Virus record (IMG/VR): IMGVR_UViG_2529292998_000004
Span: 1 to 50,094 of that record
Source of the DNA: a virus
Taxonomy: Duplodnaviria; Heunggongvirae; Uroviricota; Caudoviricetes
Direction: 5' to 3' (one strand)
DNA: 50,094 nucleotides
Numbering within the stretch: the stretch's first letter is position 1; every line of letters starts with the position of its first letter. Positions 28,699-38,393 of this stretch are shown here, one piece after another. The position numbers and the translations under genes were made by a program. Below the pieces are notes generated by a model. The model was given only the letters and a program-made list of their open reading frames with translations, was not told the DNA's origin and searched no databases.

Positions 28699-30582
28699 TT
28701 ATGATGATGCCGGTGCATTTATCTCCAGCACCAGACTTTCTATCTCAACGCCATACGCTGCATTTTTGGTAATATCCGTCAGCGTCAGCGCATTCAGCCC
28801 CAGTGTCAGACTGTCTTTTATGACCTGGAATGCCGGGCCAGCCACTCCATTCAGTTTCGGAGTAACCGTGGCACTGCCGGCGGTGAACACCAGCTCCAGC
28901 GTCTGCCAGTCGTTACTGTAATTCCCGAACTCGCCCAACTTTGTGTTTCCGGCTTTCTTGTGATGCATCAGATTCAGTTTGCCGTCTGTGGTCTGGGTGA
29001 AGAACGACATCAGGAACGGGTTACCAGTCCCGGTCATCGCCACGACGTCAGGTAACGCTACATCGGTATACAGATAAATTCCCAGACCGAACTGGTTGTT
29101 GGTCAGTGCGCCTGACAGTCGAAACTTACAGCTCAGTCTGCCACCCCGTGTCAGCAGGGAGACTGCGTCATCCACCGGATGCATCAGGGACCAGGTTTTA
29201 TTGCTCTGCTTGGTAACCTTAAACACACCATCTTCCAGCGCAACACTGCCGCCGGTGATGGTCCAGCCCTGCGCAGCAGCCTCTCCGGCTGTCGGCAGCA
29301 GGGAGACTGTACGAACGGATGTGTCACCATCAGACGGCCCCGATGGCGTGTCGCCGCCGGGCGAGGGTTTAATCTCCGGTGCGGTACCGCTGATGAAGGC
29401 GCTGGTTCGACCAACTGCGTTCAGAATAGCGGTTGCCAGGCGATCCGAAATAATGCCCCTGCGCGCCCATGAACTGAAATGTGTCGGACGATTTGACGAT
29501 ACCCAATTACCATTACTACGGGATTGCGCGCCGTAATAACCTGCATCAGCAATATCCGGGTCTTCTGCCGGTAAGTTGGTGGGCGTGTTGTTGCCGTTAC
29601 CGTCGGTCATGAACGGCACAAAGAAAACGTTGTCGCTCTCCCTGTTTTTGTACGCGCCGTAGACGGAGTCATACTGTGTGCCGTATGTGTTTTTCCAGTA
29701 ATACGTCGTGTCGCCACAAATCCACGGTACAACTGCAGCACTGCCGCCATGGCACTGCGCGTTAAATCCGGAAAGGTCAGTACGGAACTGCTTCAGCATG
29801 GCCGTGAACAGGTCCGGTTGCTGTGCGTAGGTGGCAGCGCTCATGTCAAATTCGCCCTGCATCCAGCACACCGCCAGCAACACATTTTTCGGGTTCTTCT
29901 GTAATGCAGCTTTAGTGCGCGCAATCAGGTCCTGATATAACGGTTTACCCACACCCCAGCGCGCCGAATCCTGGCTGGCCCCCGTGGTCGTACTGAATGT
30001 TCCCTCCGCGCCCTGAGTGAATGCCGAACCACCACGACAGCATGGTACCAGCAGGATCCCCGCGTTATTCGGGATATACGGGAGCAGTTTTTTGGCAATA
30101 TGTAAGCCCTGGCCGACACAGCCGTACTGCCCTTTGCTCAGGTCTGCCTTCGGATGATTCAGTGCGCTCATATCCTGAACATCATGCAGGCAGTGGTCTG
30201 CCGGAATGATGTCGTTAAATGCGCATGCTTTACCACCGGGAGTCACTGTGTTGCGACGGGCCAGTTGCTTAATGCGTGGGTGGGGCGCATCGTAAGAATC
30301 CGGCAGCGGCATTCCATCACCATATGACATGGCATTGGATTGACCAGCAAGTACCACCACGTAATACCACTCCGGCACGCTGCCGTGCTGGGGGGAATCA
30401 GGTGAGATGTCTGTAGTGCCATCGGCCACCATTGCCTGCATTAGATACCACGGGGTGCCGGGTTCGTAGGCAACCCGCGTCTCCCCCTGAAGATGCCACC
30501 CTTTCGCAAGATGTTCATTCACCTTTTGAGTCAGTTCAGCCTGTGTCATGGCTGTAATCAGTGCAAAGTTCTTACTGGTCAT
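28699..30582 (-). CDS. nanS: Prophage sialate O-acetylesterase, NanS-p type (DUF1737 + SGNH hydrolase)
   Basis: 627 aa; N-terminal MTSKNFALITAMTQAELTQKVNEHLAKGWHLQGET.. (DUF1737-like) and ..VVVLAGQSNAMSYGDG.. esterase motif; resembles yjhS/nanS-like genes found upstream of S in Stx-type prophages. Confidence 0.75.
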   Translation of the reverse strand: MTSKNFALITAMTQAELTQKVNEHLAKGWHLQGETRVAYEPGTPWYLMQAMVADGTTDISPDSPQHGSVPEWYYVVVLAGQSNAMSYGDGMPLPDSYDAPHPRIKQLARRNTVTPGGKACAFNDIIPADHCLHDVQDMSALNHPKADLSKGQYGCVGQGLHIAKKLLPYIPNNAGILLVPCCRGGSAFTQGAEGTFSTTTGASQDSARWGVGKPLYQDLIARTKAALQKNPKNVLLAVCWMQGEFDMSAATYAQQPDLFTAMLKQFRTDLSGFNAQCHGGSAAVVPWICGDTTYYWKNTYGTQYDSVYGAYKNRESDNVFFVPFMTDGNGNNTPTNLPAEDPDIADAGYYGAQSRSNGNWVSSNRPTHFSSWARRGIISDRLATAILNAVGRTSAFISGTAPEIKPSPGGDTPSGPSDGDTSVRTVSLLPTAGEAAAQGWTITGGSVALEDGVFKVTKQSNKTWSLMHPVDDAVSLLTRGGRLSCKFRLSGALTNNQFGLGIYLYTDVALPDVVAMTGTGNPFLMSFFTQTTDGKLNLMHHKKAGNTKLGEFGNYSNDWQTLELVFTAGSATVTPKLNGVAGPAFQVIKDSLTLGLNALTLTDITKNAAYGVEIESLVLEINAPASS

Positions 30583-30890
30583 TGTGTTACTCCCGTCTGG
30601 TGTGTCAGTTCGGCTATTCTCTTATCCAGTTCAGCAATGGCCCGTTTATCCGCGTTACAGGTTTCCAGTGCATCCAGAAGGCGGTCGCCCCATATTCCGA
30701 GGTTTCCCCATGTGGGTGGGTCAGGGAAGGGGGGAGGCGTTACCGGCATGGTCAGCGTCTGCGGTATAAGCCGGACTGACGGCGCTGGCCCTGGCGCGTT
30801 CTGCGTGCCTGCGCAACCTGTCAGTAAAACGAGCGTCAGGCAAAGCGTGGGCGCATTCATCTTTTGCAATATCGTTGCGTAGCTGTTCAC
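30579..30890 (-). CDS. Spanin outer membrane lipoprotein (LysC-like); start may be the internal Met at 30860
   Basis: Lipobox LLTGC, overlaps 3' part of the i-spanin gene in another frame. Confidence 0.6.
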   Translation of the reverse strand: MNSYATILQKMNAPTLCLTLVLLTGCAGTQNAPGPAPSVRLIPQTLTMPVTPPPFPDPPTWGNLGIWGDRLLDALETCNADKRAIAELDKRIAELTHQTGVTQ

Positions 30891-31116
30891 GTCTTACCTC
30901 TCCGTCCTGATTGCGTTGCTGATTTTCCGCGCGGAGCTGAGCCAGCACCTGCTGCATATCCTGTACCCCGGCGCTGATGATATTCAGTGTGTCGACGGTA
31001 CTTTTCAGGGTGCTGGCCTGCGCTTCGTTTCTGGCGTTCTCCCGGCCCAGCGACCACGACAGACGCATGGATGTAATCAGAAGGAAAGCGACGCCAAGCG
31101 TGGGCCAGAGCTTCAT
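30721..31116 (-). CDS. Spanin inner membrane subunit (LysB-like)
   Basis: Start MKLWPTLGVAFLLITS.. N-terminal TM helix then coiled-coil; ATGA overlap with endolysin stop. Confidence 0.6.
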   Translation of the reverse strand: MKLWPTLGVAFLLITSMRLSWSLGRENARNEAQASTLKSTVDTLNIISAGVQDMQQVLAQLRAENQQRNQDGEVRREQLRNDIAKDECAHALPDARFTDRLRRHAERARASAVSPAYTADADHAGNASPLP

Positions 31117-31505
31117 GCCGGATAGGCTCCGTGTGGTAACTGAAAATGCGGTCCGTCTTTCAGGGTCTTCCAGTCGCCGCCCCATTCCACCGGAATATTC
31201 AGTTCCTGGCTGGCCTGTCTGAATGCGGCTGCGATTTTTTCGTACAGCGGCCATTCCCATGACACCTGGTTGCCGACATAAGCCACAACATCCACGGCAT
31301 GCCCTGTGAGATGGCGACTGTTCATGGTCTGGCTCTTGCCTGTGGTCACGAGCTGCTTCTGACGATAACGACTGCGCAATCCTTCGGTGATACCAAAATC
31401 CACTTCCGAGATTTCCAGCGCCCGTCGGGTCACTTTCACCAGATCAGGATTTACACCCTGCAAATTCTTTTCGCTTCGGCTGCTGAATTTAAATGTGTTG
31501 CTCAT
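31113..31505 (-). CDS. Endolysin, peptidase M15 family (L-alanyl-D-glutamate peptidase-like)
   Basis: 130 aa; ..SRHLTGHAVDV.....W...GGDW...DGPHFQL metal-binding pattern of M15 peptidases. Confidence 0.7.
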   Translation of the reverse strand: MSNTFKFSSRSEKNLQGVNPDLVKVTRRALEISEVDFGITEGLRSRYRQKQLVTTGKSQTMNSRHLTGHAVDVVAYVGNQVSWEWPLYEKIAAAFRQASQELNIPVEWGGDWKTLKDGPHFQLPHGAYPA

Positions 31506-31840
31506 TCGTTCCTCTCCTTCACCCTGCGATCAAATATTGCAATAACCTTGTCGCGTGCTTTCTCTGCGCCCATAAAACCGATTGAGGCACCAAAAAACGT
31601 CACTGCATCCTCAGGGATCCCGAAGAAGCGCAGCGACCCGGCCACGGCCATGGCAAGAACGCCGCACGCCAGCGATCCCGTTACGGTCTGAACCAGTGTT
31701 CGTCCGTCATAAAGACTCATCAGCGCGGAAATGCTGACAGCCGCGCCTACTGCATACACCGTTGGCAGGTGGTCAAAGAGCCACGCAATAACCTGCTCTG
31801 TGATCCCTGTTTGAATGGTGCTCACTGCTACTCCCCCCAC
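31502..31840 (-). CDS. Holin (three predicted TM segments)
   Basis: 112 aa with three hydrophobic stretches and charged C-terminus; immediately upstream of endolysin. Confidence 0.55.
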   Translation of the reverse strand: MGGVAVSTIQTGITEQVIAWLFDHLPTVYAVGAAVSISALMSLYDGRTLVQTVTGSLACGVLAMAVAGSLRFFGIPEDAVTFFGASIGFMGAEKARDKVIAIFDRRVKERNE

Positions 31841-32028
31841 AACTGAATCATTTCTCGTTTCTTCTTCTCCGGCTCCGGCATCTCCACTTCCTGCCCGGCG
31901 TCCAGAAATACCTGCTGACAGAGTCCGGGGTTAGCATCCAGCACCTTTTCGGTGACGCCCTGCGTCGTGCCGTAGTACCGGAAACAGAGCGAATCCACGG
32001 TGTCGCCTTCCAGTGCCTTCACTTTCAT
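31828..32028 (-). CDS. P2 gpX-like tail protein X (LysM-like)
   Basis: MKVKALEGDTVDSLCFRYYGTTQGVTEKVLDANPGL.. resembles P2 X. Confidence 0.6.
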   Translation of the reverse strand: MKVKALEGDTVDSLCFRYYGTTQGVTEKVLDANPGLCQQVFLDAGQEVEMPEPEKKKREMIQLWGE

Positions 32029-32531
32029 CAGCACAACTCCGCAAAGATTCGCGGGCGGCACAGAATGTCAGAGATGGCCCAGCTCACATCACGCCACAAA
32101 TCCGATGTCTGTATATCCAGAGCATCCGCCCGGCGGTCGCCCTTGTCCGTTGTGTCTGCATCACGATAACGCTCCAGAATCAGGGCGCGTGTGGCGGTAT
32201 AAACAGCATTGCGCCAGTGCCAGAGATTGACGCTTTCTCCGTTAATTACGGGTGCCGGAACATCGGCCAGCGTCTGATGGCCAGCCGCCTGCTGTTCCTG
32301 CTGCCACGCTTCCAGCTCGCGGGTAACGTGTGCCACGGCCCCGGTGGCGGTATGCAGCAGGCGGGAGGTGGTCACACGGCCCGGCAGTCGTACCGCCAGA
32401 CGCAGCTCACGCAGCACAATATCCGGCCAGAATGCACCCGCTGAAATACGGGTATCACCATCATCGGTATCGGTGATGTCGTCCTCTGCGGGTCCGGGGT
32501 TGGTTCTGGCAACCATACTCATGGGGTTCAC
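32028..32531 (-). CDS. P2 gpL-like head completion protein
   Basis: 167 aa, position after terminase small subunit M as in P2. Confidence 0.7.
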   Translation of the reverse strand: MNPMSMVARTNPGPAEDDITDTDDGDTRISAGAFWPDIVLRELRLAVRLPGRVTTSRLLHTATGAVAHVTRELEAWQQEQQAAGHQTLADVPAPVINGESVNLWHWRNAVYTATRALILERYRDADTTDKGDRRADALDIQTSDLWRDVSWAISDILCRPRIFAELC

Positions 32532-32623
32532 TCCTGAAAAAATCGGGCGGTGGGTGCGCGGTGTAAACGGTCACGGAGTCAAACCGGAACACCGCGCACG
32601 CCGCCCGCTGACGGGGTCAGTCG

Positions 32624-33424
32624 TTAACCGCGCTTTGCCTTCTGCGTCGCGGTGGTTTTTCGTGTTGCAGGCTTCCGCGTTGTCTTTTTACTTTTGCTGC
32701 TTTCGTCCTGCGCCTGCGGTGTGCTGGCATCTTCTGGTGCGGCTGTGGAATCGGCTTTTTTCAGGGCGCGGGAAAGGGTTGCAATCTCGCGTTTCACACC
32801 TGCGTTCGGGTTCAGGTGCATTGCTTCGCGTAGCAGCTTCAGTGATGAGGCCATGCTGTCCGCATCGGTCAGGCCACGGCGGGCAAAGGCGCACGCTTTG
32901 CATAATTTGGCGCGCACTTCGTCCGGCATGTCCTGGTCGGTGACAATCTCCCAAAGTGTGTCCAGTGGTTCGATAAAGGCGGACAAATCCGCGTCGGCAT
33001 CCGTCCCGGCCTGCGTCAGTACCGGATTACAGATTTCTTCGGTCAGTACCGTGGCAGCAGTACGGCCAAAGTTATCCGGCATGATGAGGTTGTGATGGAC
33101 CACATACGCGCCGATACGCAGCGCAAGCGGAAGATCGCCACAGTCAATCGCCCACACCATCAGCGTGGCAATCACTTCATCCTGCTGCCCGCCGTCAGCT
33201 TCCAGCGTTCCCTCAATCCAGCCGGAAAAATCCGGCAACAACTCTTTTTTGATGGCGGCTTTCGCGCTTCTGGCCTGTACGCCCTTAAGCCGGGCCTGTG
33301 CCAGACGCAGACGATACAGCACCTCTTCATGCGCGGTACGCGCGGCGTGGTCCACGCCTTCATTCGCCCGGCCTGCGCGCTGTGCCATCACGTTCAGCCA
33401 GTGTTGCTGTGCAGGAGTAATCAT
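32624..33424 (-). CDS. P2 gpM-like terminase small (endonuclease) subunit
   Basis: 266 aa, basic C-terminus; position and size as P2 M. Confidence 0.75.
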   Translation of the reverse strand: MITPAQQHWLNVMAQRAGRANEGVDHAARTAHEEVLYRLRLAQARLKGVQARSAKAAIKKELLPDFSGWIEGTLEADGGQQDEVIATLMVWAIDCGDLPLALRIGAYVVHHNLIMPDNFGRTAATVLTEEICNPVLTQAGTDADADLSAFIEPLDTLWEIVTDQDMPDEVRAKLCKACAFARRGLTDADSMASSLKLLREAMHLNPNAGVKREIATLSRALKKADSTAAPEDASTPQAQDESSKSKKTTRKPATRKTTATQKAKRG

Positions 33425-33469
33425 TTGTTCTCTCCGTTACAGGCGGGCATGATGCCCGCCGTGAGTTGA

Positions 33470-34522
33470 TTAGCTGTCGGCGAACTTCAGGCCAGTGACC
33501 ATCGCGCACTTGCCATAGTCTTCAACGACATAAGCGTCATTGATGGACTGGTAGGTGGCGATGCGGTTGTATTCCGGCTCGTCTTTCATCAGGCGACGCA
33601 TTGAACCTTTCTGCCAGTAAATCGACAGGTTGTTGAACGAGGTGATCAGCATCGTTGCATCCGGGAAGAACGGCGCAAGGAACACGCCCAGCCCGCCAAT
33701 GGTGCGCGATGACAGGATGAGCTGCCCGGCAAGTAATTCCGCATTGGGATTCTGGCCGCTGATGCTGTTCAGCACGGGCAGACGCAGCGAGTTAAACAGG
33801 TTGCGCCCCATAATCACCGCGAGGTCGTCAGCTTCCTTGTGCCATTCATCCAGCAGGGATGAGCGCGCATCCTGTACCAGAGCATCGGCATTCGCATACT
33901 TACCCGCGTGCGCCACAGTGTTGTCCATGTTGCGGGAGGTCAGCGTCACGTCATTCATTACGCGCTCGCTGGCATCGGTTCTGATGTGCTCCAGCCAGCC
34001 CACGTTAACGTCCTGAAGCAGCTTGTTGGTGTGAAAATCAGACTCGTAGGCGTGGGATGTGCCGTTAAAGCCAATCATGATGCGATCAAGCGCTACCTGC
34101 CGGGCGATCTGTGTACTGATACGGGACTGAAAATCGCTGTGGGCCGCCCAGGTATCAAGCTGTGGGTACGAAATAAAGGTATCGTAGTTCACCTGTTCGC
34201 ACTGGTACTGACGAGACTTCATATCGATCACGTTATTCGGGTTACGGCGTTTGATGCCGTCATAACTGCTATTCGTGCGCGCAATTGGCCCGGTGGTGTC
34301 CAGGAGGATTTTTTCGCCTTTCTGGTCGGTCACGCCGATCACGTTAATTCTTTTCGTAAATTCGGTACTTTCCTTTGAGGCGTTTTCAAAACGCTGCTGC
34401 ACCGCGGGTTCCACGGTAAATCGCGATACCAGTGCAGATACCGGGATATTGTTAAGCGACGCCTGCTGCGCCATATAGCAACCCAGCTTGTTGCGGGTAA
34501 TATCTGACATCACCAGATTCAT
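33470..34522 (-). CDS. P2 gpN-like major capsid protein
   Basis: 350 aa; ..FTVEP.V.Q........S.EF..RINV..V.....GEKI.., ..PADAMLITK/PDATMLITSF.NLSIY.., ..YVVEDY.. blocks as P2 N. Confidence 0.9.
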   Translation of the reverse strand: MNLVMSDITRNKLGCYMAQQASLNNIPVSALVSRFTVEPAVQQRFENASKESTEFTKRINVIGVTDQKGEKILLDTTGPIARTNSSYDGIKRRNPNNVIDMKSRQYQCEQVNYDTFISYPQLDTWAAHSDFQSRISTQIARQVALDRIMIGFNGTSHAYESDFHTNKLLQDVNVGWLEHIRTDASERVMNDVTLTSRNMDNTVAHAGKYANADALVQDARSSLLDEWHKEADDLAVIMGRNLFNSLRLPVLNSISGQNPNAELLAGQLILSSRTIGGLGVFLAPFFPDATMLITSFNNLSIYWQKGSMRRLMKDEPEYNRIATYQSINDAYVVEDYGKCAMVTGLKFADS

Positions 34523-34545
34523 AAAAAATTTGCTCCTTTGTCTTA

Positions 34546-35382
34546 TCAGAAGTCAGCCAGCTGGTCGGAGGCTGCGCCCGTTGCGGTGAAGCGGTTCTGC
34601 GGATCGCCGTCCTGCGTGTGCAGTTTTTCCTTCAATGCTGTCAGCTCTGTGGTCAGTGACGTGATTTTCTGGCGGTCCTGCTGATGGCGGGTTTCCAGCA
34701 CATTAAAACGGTCGATAATGTCGGCCTGTGACGTTGCAACGCCTTCCACCGCTTCCTGAATTCGGGAGAAACTGGCGTCATCCGCTTTGCGGCCACGACC
34801 AATAATCCCCATTACGCGGTTAAACCACTGGGTGCCTTCTTCCTGGCGTTGTTCTGCCATTTCGATGATTTCAGACTCGATGGCTTCGGAGATAAGCGGT
34901 GCTTCACCCTGGATACTGTTGAACGTCATCACCGCCTGACGTTGCTGTGCCGTGAATTTCAGGCGCTCAGTGCCCAGGCTTGCCGGGGTGTCGGTCATCG
35001 CCAGCCCGACCAGATAGGCGCGCCCGTTAACGGAGAACTGCGGGTGCAGTTCGATACTGGAATAGATTTTCTTGCCGTCAGCGACAAGCTGCTTCATGCG
35101 CTCGGTCGGTTCGATTTCTGCATACAGCGCAGTACGTCCGGCCAGCGGGCCTTCCGTAATATCTTCCGTACTCAGCGCGGTGACATCGCCCATTGCGGAA
35201 AATTCGCTTGACGGGCATGGCGAGAGATAGTGCTCAACGTTCACGCGGGCAGCGTAAACATCCGGGTTGAAGTTCTCGGCGGCTTCACGCAGATGTACCT
35301 GGCTGATTTCGCGGCCATCAACAGTTGATCCGGAGACAGCCACGCGAAACTTTTTGCGGGATGTCTTTTTTTCATTAGCCAT
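34546..35382 (-). CDS. P2 gpO-like capsid scaffolding protein
   Basis: Start MANEKKTSRKKFRVAV.. preceded by GAGGGG RBS; ..YLVGLAMTDTPASLGTE.LKF.. as P2 O. Confidence 0.85.
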   Translation of the reverse strand: MANEKKTSRKKFRVAVSGSTVDGREISQVHLREAAENFNPDVYAARVNVEHYLSPCPSSEFSAMGDVTALSTEDITEGPLAGRTALYAEIEPTERMKQLVADGKKIYSSIELHPQFSVNGRAYLVGLAMTDTPASLGTERLKFTAQQRQAVMTFNSIQGEAPLISEAIESEIIEMAEQRQEEGTQWFNRVMGIIGRGRKADDASFSRIQEAVEGVATSQADIIDRFNVLETRHQQDRQKITSLTTELTALKEKLHTQDGDPQNRFTATGAASDQLADF

Positions 35383-35536
35383 AGTTTTTGCCCCTCTGAC
35401 TGGTTCTTCAGTCATGATGGCAAAGCGTAACAGGCTGATACAAAGGGCTTTTGTTGTAAGAAAACGGCCAGAACAGGGGGTTAAGGAGAACGGTTTCGCG
35501 CGCGGGTAATCTTCCTGTAATTACTCAGGGGGAGCA

Positions 35537-37288
35537 ATGATTCAGGACGCTTTTGTGCGCCAGCGTGCGCGGCAACTTTACTGGCAGGGTTATCCGCCCG
35601 CAGAAATATCACGTCTGATGGGAATAAACCCGAACACGATTTATGCGTGGAAAAAACGCGACCAGTGGGATGAAACGCCACCCGTGCAGCGTGTCACGCA
35701 GTCCATCGATGCGCGCCTCATCCAGCTTACTGAAAAACAGAATAAAACAGGCGGTGACTTTAAGGAAATAGACCTGCTGACCCGGCAGCTTAAAAAAATG
35801 CATGATGGCCAGCCGGATGCGACGGCCACAGGAAAGAAAGGTCGGGCGAAAAAACTCAAAAATCATTTCACGCCGGAACAGATTGCCGCACTGCGGGAAA
35901 AAATCATCAGCAGGCTGGAGTGGCATCAGCGGGGCTGGTTTGACTCCCTGACCCTTTGCAGGGAAGCCGGGATACGTAACAGGATGATCCTGAAATCCCG
36001 ACAGATTGGCGCGACCTGGTATTTTGCACAGGAAGCACTGCTGATGGCGCTGCGTGACGATGTGGCGCAACCTTACCAGCGTAACCAGATTTTTTTGTCT
36101 GCGTCGCGTCGTCAGGCGTTCCAGTTTAAAAGCATTATTCAGAAGGCCGCGGCTGAAGTTGATGTGGAGCTGAAAGGGGGCGATAAAATCATCCTCTCCA
36201 ACGGCGCAGAGCTGCATTTTCTCGGCACTTCTGCTGCGTCGGCGCAGTCCTATACGGGCAATTTTTATTTTGATGAATTTTTCTGGGTCAGTCGCTTTGC
36301 TGAACTGCGCAAGGTGGCTGGCGCTATGGCAACCCTCAGCGGATTGCGGCGCACCTACTTCTCCACGCCATCCACCGAAACGCACGAAGCATACGCCTAC
36401 TGGAACGGCGACCGCTGGAACGAGAAAAAGGCCACGCATAAACGCCAGCGTTTTTCTGTGGACTGGAAAACGCTGCATAACGGGCTTATCTGCCCTGACC
36501 GGACGTGGCGGCAAATTGTCACGCTGGAAGATGTGGTTAATCACGGCTGGAAACACACCGATATCGACGAAATTCGTGATGAAAACACCGAAGACGAGTT
36601 CCTCAATCTCTATATGTGTGAGTTTGTCCGCGAAGGGGAATCGGCATTTAACCTGAATATCCTGATTGGCTGCGGTGTTGACGGATACGACGACTGGAAA
36701 GACTGGAAACCTTTTGCTCCCCGCCCGATGGGGAATCGTCCGGTATGGATTGGGTATGACGCAAACGGCAGCAGTGGCAACGGCGACAGCGGCGCTGTAT
36801 CCGTGGTGGTTCCTCCGGCTGTTCCTGGTGGCCGTTTTCGAACGGTGGAGACGCGACGCGTTCAGGGGCTGGAGTTTGAAGAACAGGCCAGAGTCATTGA
36901 AGAGTTCACGTGTCGCTACAACGTGGAACACATCGGCATTGATGTGACGGGCGGGAACGGGGAGGCTGTTTATCAGATAGTGAAACGGTTTTTCCCTGCC
37001 GCTATTCCGTACACCTTCACGCTGTCATCAAAACGGTCGCTGGTACTGAAAATGCTGCAAATAATGCGTGCCGGGCGGTGGGAATACGATCGCGCCGAAC
37101 GCGAGCTGGTCGCGGCCTTTAACGCCGTGCGTAAGGTGAAAACACCGGGCGGCTTTATCACTTACGAAACGGACCGTGCGAGGGGGATCAGCCACGGCGA
37201 CCTTGCGTGGGCAACCATGCTTGCTGTCATTAACGAACCGATTGGCGGCGAAGGAGAAAACGAGCGTTTCACGGTTATGGAGTTCTGA
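35537..37288 (+). CDS. P2 gpP-like terminase large subunit (ATPase)
   Basis: 583 aa, divergent from O; ATGA overlap with Q start. Confidence 0.9.
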   Translation: MIQDAFVRQRARQLYWQGYPPAEISRLMGINPNTIYAWKKRDQWDETPPVQRVTQSIDARLIQLTEKQNKTGGDFKEIDLLTRQLKKMHDGQPDATATGKKGRAKKLKNHFTPEQIAALREKIISRLEWHQRGWFDSLTLCREAGIRNRMILKSRQIGATWYFAQEALLMALRDDVAQPYQRNQIFLSASRRQAFQFKSIIQKAAAEVDVELKGGDKIILSNGAELHFLGTSAASAQSYTGNFYFDEFFWVSRFAELRKVAGAMATLSGLRRTYFSTPSTETHEAYAYWNGDRWNEKKATHKRQRFSVDWKTLHNGLICPDRTWRQIVTLEDVVNHGWKHTDIDEIRDENTEDEFLNLYMCEFVREGESAFNLNILIGCGVDGYDDWKDWKPFAPRPMGNRPVWIGYDANGSSGNGDSGAVSVVVPPAVPGGRFRTVETRRVQGLEFEEQARVIEEFTCRYNVEHIGIDVTGGNGEAVYQIVKRFFPAAIPYTFTLSSKRSLVLKMLQIMRAGRWEYDRAERELVAAFNAVRKVKTPGGFITYETDRARGISHGDLAWATMLAVINEPIGGEGENERFTVMEF

Positions 37289-38334
37289 TGAGCAGAAAAA
37301 ATAAAAAAGTGCGCATGAGTTCACGCATTGATCTCGCTGATGCGCTCAGGAAAGAATCATCGCTCAGTGCATTCACATTTGATGGTCCTTATCGCCTGAC
37401 CGGGCATGACCTGCTGGACAATATGTACTGTGCTGATAACGGGCGGTGGTATGAAACCCCGGTGGACTGGTACGGTCTGGCAAGAGCTGCCCGGCAAACG
37501 TCCTGGCATCAGTCTGCGCTTTACTTTAAGCGCAATGTATTACTCGGTTGCTACATCCCGCACCCGTTGCTTTCCCGGCAGGATTTCTCGGCGCTGGCGC
37601 TGGACTGGTTTGTGTTCGGTAACGCATTCCTTGAGCTTCGAAGCAATATGCTCGGCGAACCGCTTAAATTACGGCACGCCCTGGCGAAATACATGCGACG
37701 CGGAAGCGATCTTGAATCATGGTGGTATGTGCAGGATGGCAAGGACGCGTTTCAGTTTCGCCCTGGCAAAGTGTGCCACCTGATGAATCCTGACATTAAC
37801 CAGGAAATCTACGGCATGCCGGAATATCTCGGCGCATTACTCTCGGCCAGCCTGTCTCATTCGGCGGACATGTTCAGAAAACTGTATTACGACAATGGAT
37901 CCCACGCCGGGTGCATCATCTACATCGGTGCAGCGCAGGTAAACCGCGAAAGCATGGACTCCCTGAAAGAAACGCTACAGGGGGCACGTGGTGGTGGTGC
38001 GTTTAAAAACGTGCTCATTCATGCGCCTAACGGGGGCAAAGAGGGGGTGCAAATTTTGCCGTTCCAGCAGATCACCGCAAAGGATGAGTTCATGAATGTT
38101 AAGGCGGCATCCCGTGATGATGTGCTGGCTGCGCACCGCGTTCCGCCGCAACTGATGGGGGCGATGCCGGGCGAAAAAAGTGCGTTTGGTGATGTGGAGA
38201 AGGCCGCGCGGGTTTACGCAATTAACGAGCTGATGCCCGTCATGGAGGCCATGAAGCACATCAATGACTGGCTTGGCGAAGAGGTGATCCGCTTTAACCC
38301 TTACGCACTGTTAGACACCCTGCCCACATCCTGA
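37288..38334 (+). CDS. P2 gpQ-like portal protein
   Basis: 348 aa, downstream of P, size and position as P2 Q. Confidence 0.9.
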   Translation: MSRKNKKVRMSSRIDLADALRKESSLSAFTFDGPYRLTGHDLLDNMYCADNGRWYETPVDWYGLARAARQTSWHQSALYFKRNVLLGCYIPHPLLSRQDFSALALDWFVFGNAFLELRSNMLGEPLKLRHALAKYMRRGSDLESWWYVQDGKDAFQFRPGKVCHLMNPDINQEIYGMPEYLGALLSASLSHSADMFRKLYYDNGSHAGCIIYIGAAQVNRESMDSLKETLQGARGGGAFKNVLIHAPNGGKEGVQILPFQQITAKDEFMNVKAASRDDVLAAHRVPPQLMGAMPGEKSAFGDVEKAARVYAINELMPVMEAMKHINDWLGEEVIRFNPYALLDTLPTS

Positions 38335-38370
38335 CGCGCTTCGCTTGTCTGCTGCTTCGCCGGGGCATAA

Positions 38371-38393
38371 AAAATTTATGCCCCGACTCTCCA
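38371..38393. other. Perfect stem-loop GGGGCATAAA/TTTATGCCCC downstream of portal gene
   Basis: 10 bp inverted repeat, no adjacent U-run on either strand. Confidence 0.3.
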
